Shown piece by piece: positions 51,508-64,000 of a DNA stretch of 64,000 nt. Position 1 is the first letter of the stretch. Each line of letters opens with the position of its first letter. Below the pieces are notes generated by a model, which ran no database searches, was not told where the DNA came from, and saw only the letters and a program-made list of their open reading frames with translations. Source of the stretch: Trichoplax adhaerens (taxonomy: Eukaryota > Animalia > Placozoa); contig NW_002060946.1 in the NCBI RefSeq assembly GCF_000150275.1, positions 3,801,454 through 3,865,453 on the forward strand. Reading direction: 5' to 3'. A program made the translations under genes and the position numbers.

Positions 51508-52001
51508 AATGGGTACTGTAAAGTATACAACAACATGTCTTAGTATCATCTTTATCTAGAGTAACAAGTTGTCCAAGATTGAATGTAAATGATTGGAAAG
51601 TGTTTGGAATATGATTACTCACTGAATAAATCGAATAGAGTCGAGTATATCAAGAATGTCTCCTCTACTTGCTATCATCATGCGTTACTGTATAACAAAT
51701 CGAATGGGACAAAATCAATCGCAACAGCAGTACAATCGACTAAAGAAGGTAAGGAATAGCCAAGTCCAAAGAGTGCTTATGAACATCACGATACTACTAC
51801 TACTACTACTCCGCAGCACGTGAGATTGATTCAATCGTTGCAGATGGATCGAGTACGCCTGGCTATATTTCAACTACGATAGGCTATTACCTTTTCAAAC
51901 GTTGATTTAGGTCTTAAAGCTCTATGGAAGACGGAAGCCGAGGTATCGGATTGATTATTTTCTCCTTTATTCTTTTGCCTTTTACTAGGAGTAGTCGACA
52001 T
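50552..52001 (-). CDS. RAB5IF: RAB5IF/C20orf24 (OPTI, EMC6-like Rab5ip family) membrane protein, 4 exons
   Basis: MSTTPSKRQK...FEK|DEYLDIIYWLRQIVGLVFGVVWGIIPLYGILGIG|IFGIANAG...DEEEVGDTWELTKEGFMSSFSIFL|VAWIMTYSGVHFH*. Confidence 0.92.
51480..51506. repeat. (AT)n microsatellite in RAB5IF intron 1
   Basis: About 13 AT units, read directly from the sequence. Confidence 0.9.
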
Positions 52002-52858
52002 GACGAAGCTCGTAGAAGTGAAAGAAGGCCAACTGCAATTAGCCAGCGGATACAGTCGCCTAGTAACTCACTCTCGAAGTACCGCTACCAATACACTACC
52101 GTATACTTTATACTGTACACTATTAAATTCTGTGAAAGTGTCAGTTGCATGGGTCCTTTCGCTGGTACTAGAGGTACAGTACAATAGTATGGTCGTCATG
52201 GTTGTGGACGGACAGCAATTGTACTATCGTAAACGTAAAAGGTAGCCGCTGTATTATAGTAATCGCTGTTACAGAGATTTGCCTCCTTTGTCAGATAGGA
52301 TATCACGGGGACAGACATACTATAGTAAAGTAACAACAAGCACACGGTCCCATAGTGGACCTCGGCGATCTGGGACGTTACGATACGGAACGTATCAACT
52401 TTAAGACTGACTTGGGAGCCAACCCTTACCCATGGATTCTGTTCTGCTAGCAAACATACAGCAATCCAGATTTAGCTCAGGCAGAGACCAAGTTGTGGAA
52501 AGATTGGTGATCAAATTGTAATCATCTGAGCTTGATGATATTACTTATCAGATCGTAGAGATATCACTTTCAGCTCAATCTGCATTAATTAGTGAAGAAC
52601 CATTTCTAGTAACTGTATCTACCGTATGAAAAGTTGGGCTAGTATAATTTGGCAATTGTGTAGAGAGGGATAGGCATTGTTTCCTTGTAAAACGCGCTGG
52701 ACTCAATCAAGTCGACTATCGGTGAGCAGTGGCTAATGGCAGCAAACAACTACTTATTTTCTGAATCGATTCAAGTAGCTACATGTATATTTGCATCCAT
52801 CTGCTTATACCTGTGTTAATAACTTGTTCTATTCATATGAGACAGGGATCATTGAGTT

Positions 52859-53699
52859 ATGGCAACGAATGACAATCAAGAAGTGCAATCGGCTTCAGAT
52901 AGCAATCATCAACTTACTGCAGATGGGAAAAATGCACAAATGATAATTTGTCCAAACTGCCGGTGTAAAATTCTATTAAAGAAAACAGCGGAATTAGTCA
53001 ATACTGATGTACGTATACAGCCATCAATTGATAATATAATAGTATCCATCTATTTTCTGTACTATCCAATGTCATACACCATCTAGATGTTAGGAATGAT
53101 CATTCACTAATGAATTATAATCAATAAACTTGAATCATAATAATGAACGTAGTCTGTTTGATGGAGTAAAATTTTTGAAATCATTTAGTAATTCTATCAA
53201 TCATGTTGTTCGCAATGATCTAACCCTACTTGTCACTAGAATGACCTCATCCTACTGCAATGATATGCAATTCATTATAATATATAATTTTTGATTCATC
53301 GCATAGGAAACCCAATCATCAATGTAATCATGAATATAAACAGTATAATTAATTAATTTATACTGTACCATGCAAATACGCAATTACAACAAAAATTTCA
53401 ATCTAAAACTACTTTTGCGCTATTCTTCTTCTTTTATATAGATTTTTTTACCGTACATGAGGGTAAAGAAAAATACTAGCAACCAAGAATCAGGTCAAGT
53501 GGATGGTGAACAGCTCAGTCAATTTTGGAAAGTGGACAATATGTTCACTTTTGAAAACGTTGGTTTCACAAAGACAGTCGGGTCTAGCATTAAATATTTG
53601 ATATGTGCAGATTGCGAGATAGGCCCTATCGGTTGGCACGATATCAACGATAAAACAACCTTTTTAATTGCTACACAACGTATTCATTATTCCGACTAA
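52859..53699 (+). CDS. RABIF: MSS4/RABIF Rab chaperone, 2 coding exons (52859-53008, 53442-53699), 135 aa
   Basis: GKNAQMIICPNCRCKIL, FLPYM, WKVDNMFTFENVGFTK and KYLICADCEIGPIGWH (two zinc CxxC motifs). Confidence 0.94.
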
Positions 53700-55996
53700 A
53701 TAGAACAGAGTTCTGATTGATTTTAAACTAATCATGTCGATCAATATGATACCATAAATTTCTTACTACTCCAAACAAGTGCAGTATTTGCTGTTATCTA
53801 ACGCATCTTTTGTTCATTCACAGGCTGATATGTATACCTTAAAAATGTTCTAAATAGAACCTATAAATGCAATAATCAATAGATGATTAACTGCTTCGAG
53901 AAAGTATTTAAATTGCAAGTATAGCTATCAAAGAGTATTGTAAAAAACAAAAACCTTTTTAATTTATATACAAAGTATGTACGTGCAGTGTACAGGATAT
54001 TCAGTATGCACATTTACAGACGGTATATATATTTATATGCTACTGCGTCGGTTATGTAGTACTTACTATGGACTTAAATAATACATACACGAGAATATTT
54101 CAAGTTAGCTTTACTGGATATTGCAGAAATACTACATCTTTCATCAAAATTTGTTCCTTTTTCAATATCTTATGTTGCCGTAAGTGAATAGGAGAAATAT
54201 ATTTTTTATGAATGAAAATATAATAAAATGCATGCACAACTTAATTTCAATTCGTGATTATATACTCGTATTTGCGATAAATAAATAGGAATGGTTATTA
54301 CGACCATACATGGCAAGTAAGATTTAATATAATAGATATTCTAAGCGGTTCATACAATACCGTAACTCACCAGCAACCCCGCTTTTTCAATATATTGAGA
54401 TAATTATACTACGCTTTTAAGTCGTAAACTTGGTATTTGGGTCTAATACTATAATAATCTTGAACAAGTTTCAATCATTGAATTTCAAAAATGCCAATTT
54501 GTTGCTTAAAAAATTTTAAAGTTTCTAGTATTGTCTCGATAAAATCGAATCTGTTATGCCTGGGGATCGTTTTCTTAAGATAAGCATATTCTAATTATGG
54601 CAGGATACCTAGTCTTAAAATTGAGTTTTGTAAGTGCTTCTTCCAGTACAGGTTTTACGATTTATCGATTGTTTTTCGTCAATCCATGCAATAACATTTT
54701 TGGAGGTAGTAATGAATTTGTTATAGACCTTGCAATGCTATTGAATAGTAACTAGATGATGATAGACTCAAATTTTCATAAACAGAGTCATTTTATTACA
54801 TTAAGTTATATAAAATGAATAGCTGGTGATCCAATGTAAAAATTATTACAACCGAAAACTTATACAGACTGCCAGTCCAACATTTATGTAGAAAATACCG
54901 TATATTATTAATATATACTTGCATAAATAAGCAGGCAAAATATTAGACTATTCTTTTTAAACCAGAATAATTAATCGAATTATTAATTACCTCGAAAATA
55001 TCATACAAAATCATAACAAGCAACATAGTCATTTAACATTACTATCATAATTGCAATATAAACATTTCCTTCATATTCCTTACAAGATCGAACATATGCA
55101 ATGTACTAAATAGTTATAGCCGTAAGCTGTAAAATACATATTCACTGCCGCACGATAAGCCTCAATTAAGTGTAAAAATATCTTGGTACTTACATAAGAT
55201 TATGGATATATTATATTGATACCTTCATATCAAGTCACTTTAGTTATATCTCTCACTATATTATACCTAAGCAACAAGGATAATTGATAGTACAGTGTGG
55301 ATATCTGTCATAAGATATAACTTCTGACCTTCTTAGGTTAGCAACAAGTCTTGACAAATTTTTTAAAGATAAAACAGTATATTTTGTAAATATTAATAAA
55401 CCCAAGTACAAAGATCGCTTCGTATAAATATTGACGATAAAATGTAGTTACAGAAATTAATAATCGCAAGCAACAAAATTTAGCTCTAGTCACCAAGTTG
55501 ACCTTTCGTATTATTAGCAACACTACCTTACTGTACGATATCCTGAGGTGAAATGAAATAGTTTTACGAGTATACCATGTCCTCTACGAAAATATATCCA
55601 CCCGAATTATTCGTGTTTAAATCTACGTAACCAATTTTTGAAAAGTGAGCTCGCTACAGATCAGATATTAATCATTGACGTCTAGTATATTTTGGCTTAA
55701 ATTGAAAAACTAATCGTTTTTATGCCTCAATGACAAGGCGGATAAATATCGATTTAAACCTATGATTCAAGTATCTTAGTTCATGATGGTGATCATAGTA
55801 CAGTGTTAAGAGTTCATGATGGATTACTTTTTTACTCATTCAACTGACATAAAATAGACGCAGAATGTTTGCACCTATGTATAGGTACATGCACATATAC
55901 ATCGCTATGCTATACTACTAATACACAGGTATTACCAAGAAGATTCATTGCATCTAAAGTGGTAGAAATGCCCTTTATGCATTAGTATCCGTAGCA

Positions 55997-58900
55997 TTAA
56001 TTATCATCGTTTGCAGATTCTATCGTGATCATAGGTACAGTACTTTGATCATTCGTTGCACTATATGAAATTATCGTCTTTGATGTCTCTGTTGAAGTTG
56101 ATGGCGAAATCGTAGAAATTTCATACCGTGTTAATATGGCGTTATCAGTAGTAACAGATGAATTTTCATTTAATTTTTCAGGTGTTGAAAATTCAATGGT
56201 AGTAGTTGTCGTCTCAGCTACTGTGGCCGATATATTATTTCTAACAACACTGGTAGTCTCTTGGTTAGCAAAAGTTTCCTCGTCCTGAACTATTTTATCA
56301 TTATTTTCTGGTATTACTTCAGAATCATTATGTAATATGCTCGGGTTATTGGATACTTCATCATTGGTGGCTTTCTCTTTGTTTAGTTGCTCTTGATATT
56401 CGTTTTCGCCCTCATTAACGAATAACCAATCATCAATATTGTCTTCCTCATAGAGGGCATTGTCCCGTATTTCCATTTCATATCGAATATCACTATCTAA
56501 CCTAGTTCTCCATTTGATATCATTGTGATTTAGATTATCACCATCCTCTTCAGTCTCATCTTCATTTCTTAAGCCATCATTTTCGTCCATCTCATTGCCG
56601 TTGTCGTAGAATTGATGTTCATGGTTATTTTGTTGGTTATCACCATCTTCAGTTAAGTCAGCGCTACAATCATTTTTTGCTGCCTGCAGTGTACTTACAA
56701 TTGTAGTTTCATTATTGATAGGCTCGTCATTGGAGACAGTTGTTTCTAGATTGCTGCTATTTTCATCGATCATTGCTCGAGGTAAAGATATATGATTGGC
56801 AATATCTTCCTTGTCATCATGACGGTCAATATGGGATGATTCTTTAATCAGATATGATAATGTTTAATATAAAATTATTATTTGAAAAATTATATCATCG
56901 TCGCATATATCAAGTTTAAAAATATTATTCTAAATAGATTATCTCACTTTATATCATTATAATTATTACCTTTATCATCATTGACAAGATCAATTTCCAC
57001 TACGACCTGAGGTTCAGAAATCTGTTGTTCACTATCACGTGGAAGCGAATGCAATTCTTCACTTTCTCCGCCTTCCATTTCCTCAACTTCATCTTGATCG
57101 TACTGTCCAGGTTCCTCAGAGGAGATATGGATCTCAACATTAGCTGTAACTTCATTTTCCACGTCATTATTTGAGTTGACAACAGCATTGATTTCGTTTT
57201 CGACATCTTCATCTTTTGCAACATGCTTAATAACTGCAGGAAGTTCGACCGTTCTAGCATGCAATATCCGCTCTTCTTCGCCTTCCATTGATATTGTAAC
57301 ATGCACTGGATTTCCAACTTTCCGTTTTGGCTGTGGTAGGGGAGAATCAAATTCGGATGGATTTAAAACTATTCTTGCCACGCATAGAACACACTCTTCG
57401 TCGCATTGTTCTATAGCTTGCATTAACTCTGGTCCTTTAAGATTTCGTACATTTCGTTCATTTAAACTGATGATGTAGTCATCGACATTTAAAGTGTCAA
57501 CCTTTTTAATATTAGATAAGATGAAATGAATTTTTAATTTAGGACACATTAATTATTAAATGAGATTATAATGTTAGATGCTAATCTAATCTATTTTCAT
57601 CGACTAGTAATTACGACGATGTTAAACATGCTTAATAGAGCGTAGAAATGCATATACACCAATAATTAGTATCAGATACTGGGAGTAATTATTTGTTGAC
57701 ATTGTAGAAAATTCCTTTGATTATTTAGCGCATTACTACGTCGATATATATTATATTTACCAAAAATTTGCTTTCATCCACACGAACGATTCTGGGTGGT
57801 GCACTGTTTGACAATTCAAACCCAATAGTTTTATTTGTTAGGGGAATTTCAACGGTTTTAAGGTTTGAAAGTATTGCAGAGGCACAAAATACGCTTAAAG
57901 GGCCCTAAAGATATGCGGATGTTAGATGATTAGTTATGTTACAGTTAAAATAATATCTTAGCTTTAAATCGTTATGGTTTATTGCACTAGTATAAGATTT
58001 AACAAAGTTTACCAAGGCAGCGAAGAGATCTGCACTACGATCGCTTGACTTGCCAAAGACAGGATGAACACATTGAAATTGATTTTGTGAGGCACCTAAT
58101 AACATTATAAGATGGCTGAATTACTGTACTATCTCTATTTTATAGTGAGGATTAACTAGAAATTCATAACCTTAGAAATTTAGCAATGTAATAAAAATAT
58201 TTGTATTTTATTTATCTTAATCTTTAAGAAATTAGATTTGTACAAGATAATAATTTTAATATAATTTAATATCTCATAAAAAAATGGAACAGAAAAGACT
58301 ATATTAGCATAAATAGAACATTACCATTAATTTGTGGTGGTATTACAGATGCCAATGATCCATTATTTCGATTCCAGATGGACGATATCATATTGACAGA
58401 TATCTTATGTGATCTTATCAAGATCTATAGATATTCATAGTAATAAAAATCTTTCATCAACTCTTGGCAAGTTATAATTGATTTCAGTAATCATTATTTC
58501 AGGTGGGATTGTTAGGTTGCAGTACTAGGAAGAATATATGCTGTGCTATACTAGTATCAAAATGGTCTTGGTAATACAAAAAGTAAAAAATTAAGAGTTT
58601 CATGATTTACAGTTAGTGATGGTTGGTTAGCTGATTTTAAAAGTAAAGTAGTTTATATACCTTTTGTAAAGCTTTCATTTGCTGAAGAAAAATACATCGA
58701 TCCCGAATTTTCATTGCCATTTTATCTTTATTAATGGCTTCAGTCAAATGAAATTTCGCTAATAGTAATAGGATTAAGAGAGAAGGTAAGTATATTATAC
58801 GGAAGAAAGAAAGTGATCTTCTTTACCATTAAACTACCTAAAGCACTTCGCAATAAATGATTTTTTTTCCATAACTCGGGTGGGCACTTCTCTCCATACA

Positions 58901-61625
58901 TAGATTCTACCACTGCTAAAAACGTTTGAGTGCTCTCCACTTTGGTTGCTAATAAAGTAGTGGTTTTATGGAAAATAATTATTTGATTTACATATATTTA
59001 CTTTATAAATCTGTAGTATATAAGACTCTTTTGAATAATCATTACTCACAAGTTGTATAATGCATCAAAACTTCGGCTGCAAAGTGATGAGATACCGCCG
59101 TAAATATAGCGGACTTGACCTAGATATGGATAAATTGATCTAAATTACTCAAGAGTACACCAACTTAAATACAGCTCTTAGCTTTAGGGTAACAATTAAC
59201 CTCGCTCATTGATCGCCATGATTCAGGTATATACTTTGTACTTGCATCATTTTGCATGAATTCAAATAACTCTTGATAGCACTTACCAACCTGACACAGC
59301 AATTTGTCATGAGAAAGATTTTTTAGTAATACATATATTTTTATACAATATTTTCTTCGATATCACTACTCAAAAGTCTGACTTACAATAGCAGATTCTC
59401 TGCAAAGAATAACTTTAGTTCTAATATCGATACTGTCCATCGTGACAGCAATTTTACCGTAATAACATTCTTGAACTTGAGCCTGTTGAGAATTTGCAAT
59501 TAAAAACTTACTTATTTGGAGGAAATTGTCCTGTTGATAGTTATCAAAAATCTCTTATATTACCTTTAAAATCTTGATATAGATTCGCAACATTTTTTCG
59601 CTTAAATCAAACGATGCTGCATTTTTAAAGTTTTCCAATAGCATATTGAAGGCGCCTAATTGAGTAATCATATTAATCATCCAAATTACTTTATCGTTGT
59701 TCAGTTAACAACCAAAAGTATGTTAAATAGAATTTAAGTGTAAAGTTATACTGTCGATTAGATTTGACTCGTGGATTCATGATTGCTACTACTTTTAAAA
59801 TATTTTGACAAATTAATTGTATAAGGAAATATTGATATCCATTGAGAGTAAGCTAACCTGCTGCACGTTGATAGTATTGAATTGCTGCGTAAATTCCATT
59901 AACAGTAACAAAGTTCTAGAAAGAAATCATCGAAAGACGAATCGTAAAACTTTGAGATTAAGTAAATGAGACGTTGTTTAATTTTATTCTTAACATTATA
60001 TTTTTATGAGCACTTATAATGCCTCAAAAATGTACCTGCTTCGAAGCTAACTGAGTAAGTAGTGCCCCAATGTTATACAAAATTGATGCCTGTCAAAGAT
60101 ATGGAGAGAATCATGATAATTACATAAAACTATGTATACCTGTTAGTGAAATTCAGATAGAAATTAGCGCTATTTAAGTACTTCACTGTCAAGTAGTACT
60201 AAATAGATATCTTATACAAGTATTGGGTGACGTAAAAGCTGGTGTAAAAAATATTTACTTTTTCAAAACTTATTGATTTTTGAATTATTGGCTCGCCATT
60301 TAAACAGTCAAACCTGTAGCAAAAAATACGGTAATTTAATATTGAACTACTGAATAATATAAAGATAAAACACTCCTTATTCTATAAAAATGACAACTCT
60401 TAACGGCAAGGTCAATAACACTATACTTTTTACCAGTAAAATTGGATATTGAAAATTTTTCTCATACGAAAAAATCGTTTGCTAATAAAATATAATTGAT
60501 TGAAGTATTCAATTAAATTTTTTAGGCCTGCTTCTGATCGTGTCGCTGACAAAGCGTTCTAACATATGAAAGAATATAGTTTAGTAACGAATTCGTGCCT
60601 TGTATTTGAATTATTATGACATTTAAAAATACTATTACAGATCATCGTTCCCTTGGGTTTATTTTAGCTTTATACTTGTAACTAATATTTATCAGTTTTA
60701 TTTCATATAAACAAAATCATTTAGTAGTTGTCTACCTCACGTAATTTCGTAAAAGTTTCAATAGCATCTTCGTATAGATCAGGGTCTTCATGATAATGAT
60801 CTCTAATTATATCCTTAGCGGGAAGAAATTAAAGTTAATTTACTGTAGGTACAGATAGTAACAGCATCGAGAAACTACAATAAACATATTTTAGCAGATA
60901 AATCGCTTGATAGAATTTAACATTCTTTCATCAATCTTTGATCTATATGAAATCTTCGTTATATAACTGTGCTACTGCTAAAAACATTAACGAAGGTAGT
61001 TAACATTAAATTTTTCTATTTTAATATGATCATAATTATTCTATATTTTATAAGATTAGCACCAGTTTAAGTTTTGAATGTAAAAATCGTAACTAAAACA
61101 ACATGATCATTCTGTGCGATATACTGCTGTCTTAATTGAAATGTTCGGCAATTGTTCGATTTTAGGTATCATAATCGACTTTTAATTTTAAATTTGTAAA
61201 GTATTTATTTAAATGTTTTTATAACATGATACCTTGAAGGCGAACATAAATTTTATTGGTTTACCAACTTTAAGTCCAAAGGTAATCATAGGCACCGATC
61301 GATGAATGTTGCTAAATGCAATCATGAAAACTTTAAGATTAGGCTACACAATTGTACCTATTTTGAGTTAATTGATTATGCTAACATAAATTCCGAAAAT
61401 TATGGCATAATAAATAAAATAGAAACCAGTTAGAAGTATCTGATTAAGTTATTAAGCGACGCTGTAAGTGAAACATTACTACTGTAAAAGAATTACCTTT
61501 CATTTTGGAAACATATCAAATTGCTATTTAGTGAGCCTAGGTCGTTATGAAGTTTGTTTAATTTTTTAATGTAGTATTTCAGTTGATGTTGGGTTGTATT
61601 CTTAATATACTTGTCTTTGGTAGCA
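55997..61625 (-). CDS. RHPN: Rhophilin-like protein (partial HR1, BRO1, PDZ, long acidic tail); 5' exons upstream of 61625 unresolved
   Basis: Spliced exons give VPMITFGLK, DIIRDHYHEDPDLYEDAI, RSEAGLKNLIEYFNQL..RFF, FYW|FDCLNG, FEK|ASILYNIGAL, YQRAAG|AF, AQVQEC, DLFAAL|GPLSVF, and PDZ IGFELSNSAPPRIVRV...DYIISLNERNV. A phase-1 junction 56970/56841 links into the acidic last exon. Confidence 0.85.
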
Positions 61626-64000
61626 CTGAAAAGTGAAAAAAATATCATTAAGTATATATAATTCTGTCGTAATTTAAATACATCAATAAGCTATTAGCAA
61701 AAATAATCTAAATGCTAGATTGTAGCGATGTTAACTTCCTAAAATTCTTCTACAGCTGTACTTATAGGAGAAAATAACCCGATAAATGATATCGTACTGT
61801 TACAGTATTTCAAAGTCTACGTTACGTTAAATTTTAAATCGCTATAGGCTTTCTCGATTTCATGTACTTACTGTACTAGTATATATTTTGTAGATGGTAT
61901 TACTATAAATCGCACGAATTATGAAATGTTCTAACTTTACGTACACACTTTATATTATTTTATATAGTTGAATAAATTTTACATTAATATATAGAATATA
62001 TATTGAAAGTATAAAACAAGGACATAAAATACAGTATCTGTTATAAATGTTAGGGTTAGCAACATGAGCGACATAATAATTGATGCTGCATCTTATGAAG
62101 TAATTCCTGCAGCTAAAATTTAAGATTAATACATTCATGGAATAGATTCAACAGTTGTATCAATGAATATGACGAGTTAATAGTATTAAAGATTGATTGA
62201 TGGCAGAAGAATGAGACGTTTTCTTAAATGTTTTAACGTGGAAATTGCTACGATCTTAAAATTTTTCGTAGATTATAAGTTACTGTGGATTAATGTACAT
62301 ATGTAGTTTTTGAATTTTTTAGGTATGGAGCGATTGTACGCATACTGTATAGTGTATACGAGTTTAAATTGTTAAGACGTCATAGTCATAGTTGCATAGG
62401 TGTGCAGCTAGTTATAAATAATTAAGAGAATATAATTATAAAGTCCTATTGGAGTTTAAGCAAATATGCTATCGCTACGGATAGAAATTTGTTCCTATTC
62501 TGTTAAAGTATCAAATCACATAGTAGGATTAACTGTCCTTATTATTTTGTAACGAAATCAACTAGTTTATATGTGTATTGATATTGTGCATTAATGAAAA
62601 TTATTCATTGTATCATGGCTTGTCTTTCATGAAATGTTTAACTAATTAATTGTGGGGATAAAATGGAAAGTAGTGAACTGTTAATAGCGGATTGTATTTT
62701 CTATCTAAAAATCTTTTATGATAATTAAATGGTTGCAGAATAAAGAGTTTTATCGTCTCGATGTCCAAATTATTGAAATCGATTGAAATTTACAATGGTA
62801 GGCTTATCAATAAGTGAAAAATCGAGTTATGGGAATTGTTCGTGTTATGATTGAAATGAATCATACCTTGCAAAGGGGATAAAGTAGAAAAAATAAAGTA
62901 AATGTAGCAGCAATAATTTGAATAAGATTAACATATTCTCGTGATGAAAGGTGGCGTATCGCTATAAAATTGATCCTGATTAAAATGATATTGGTGCGTG
63001 GTATTATTCCTATTTGTATCCTGCCGAAGTGATCAATTTACCCATAAAAGATTAAAAAAAGGAAAATAATCCAAAAATTTCATAAAGACTATGAGATTAG
63101 TTAAAAGATACGGTACAGTAGTAGTTAATTAATCTGATGTGCTAATTGGAAATTTGACTATTTTGTATATTTTAAAATAAAGGAACCTCTACCTACAGCA
63201 CTCAACTATAGCGTTCCATCAAGGAAAATTTCATGTATTAGTTTATAAATTGGATTGTCTTAATTTAAAAGTATCTTTTATCTATAGGGTTCTGTCAATT
63301 AAATTTTGAAGCTCTAGTTAATAAATAATCCAATTATTTAATTATTAGAATGTCTTTACGGGTGACGTTCGATTAGTTAACTAGACCTGATATGGTAGTT
63401 GATGAATCTGATTATTTAAATTTATTAAAATGAAACGTACCATTAGCGGTAGCGTTACATCAAGCGAATCATTTTACTAGCTAAGATGAAAATACTGCAG
63501 TAAAATATTATAAACCAGGATACCGGGCTTCTACTAAAGTGCGTAAATTAAAATTTAAGTATAAGTATCTAGAAATACTATAAAGCTACAATTAGAATAG
63601 TTGCTTACATGATACTATAATAGAATGACGTAGCATGTTCTAAGTCCACTTAATACTTTTATGAGATTCGAAAATTGAGATGTTTCTTTCTTATGGCCTT
63701 AAGTGTTCGATCGATAACAGTAAGCTACTGAAAGTTGTTTAGATCGTCTATTGCTAACTGTTTACATAAAATAATTTTAAAATAAATAATTAGAGCGACG
63801 CTGTATTTCAACTGCATTGTGAATATTTACAGTATGTCAATGTGGTCGTTTACCGTTAAATAAGGAAGATTCGAAAAAAAAGATGACAAATTAATCATGT
63901 TACCTAGACAGTAGAATTAACTCGGTAATGAACATGAATTTCAGTTAAAGCGCATAGTTCGGCAGTAGATCAATGGTTGTTTACATCATACCAGCACCGT

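Noticed and set aside
50552-53699. RAB5IF and RABIF head-to-head as a Rab-related functional cluster
   Set aside because: The similarity is in the names only. RAB5IF/OPTI is an EMC6-like membrane-protein biogenesis factor unrelated to MSS4.
62049-62059. GTTAGGGTTAG (CTAACCCTAAC on the minus strand), identical to a telomerase RNA template
   Set aside because: The flanks are very AT-rich and I see no pseudoknot, CR4/5 or H/ACA structure. It lies in the probable 5' part of the rhophilin gene, and a single 11-mer is insufficient evidence.

Overview
AT-rich, gene-dense eukaryotic DNA with many short spliceosomal introns, so the supplied ORF track captures only exon fragments. Gene content and architecture point to an early-branching animal; a placozoan such as Trichoplax is my inference and is not proven by the sequence. 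Manual splicing supports 14 protein-coding loci in order: Borealin/CDCA8 (5'-truncated, +), DHX35 (-), PM20D2 (+, intronless), UPRT (+), GFOD (-), SIRT5 (-), CHTF8 (+), a secreted avidin/streptavidin-family protein (-), an intronless divergent class A GPCR (+), GAS8/DRC4 (+), LRRC69 (+), RAB5IF (-), RABIF/MSS4 (+) and a rhophilin (-, 5' end unresolved). Signals not explained by the gene list: (1) palindromic TACTG/CAGTA pentamer arrays at housekeeping and head-to-head promoters; (2) a 20-bp ATTGG+X-box element shared at 19/20 positions upstream of GAS8 and LRRC69; (3) an avidin with an altered biotin pocket and a strongly cationic tail; (4) decayed GPCR relics around a GPCR that has lost most class A microswitch motifs; (5) a pre-miRNA-like hairpin inside a structured intergenic island; (6) a six-copy ~161-bp tandem array. 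Gene identities come from my recall of family motifs, not from database searches.
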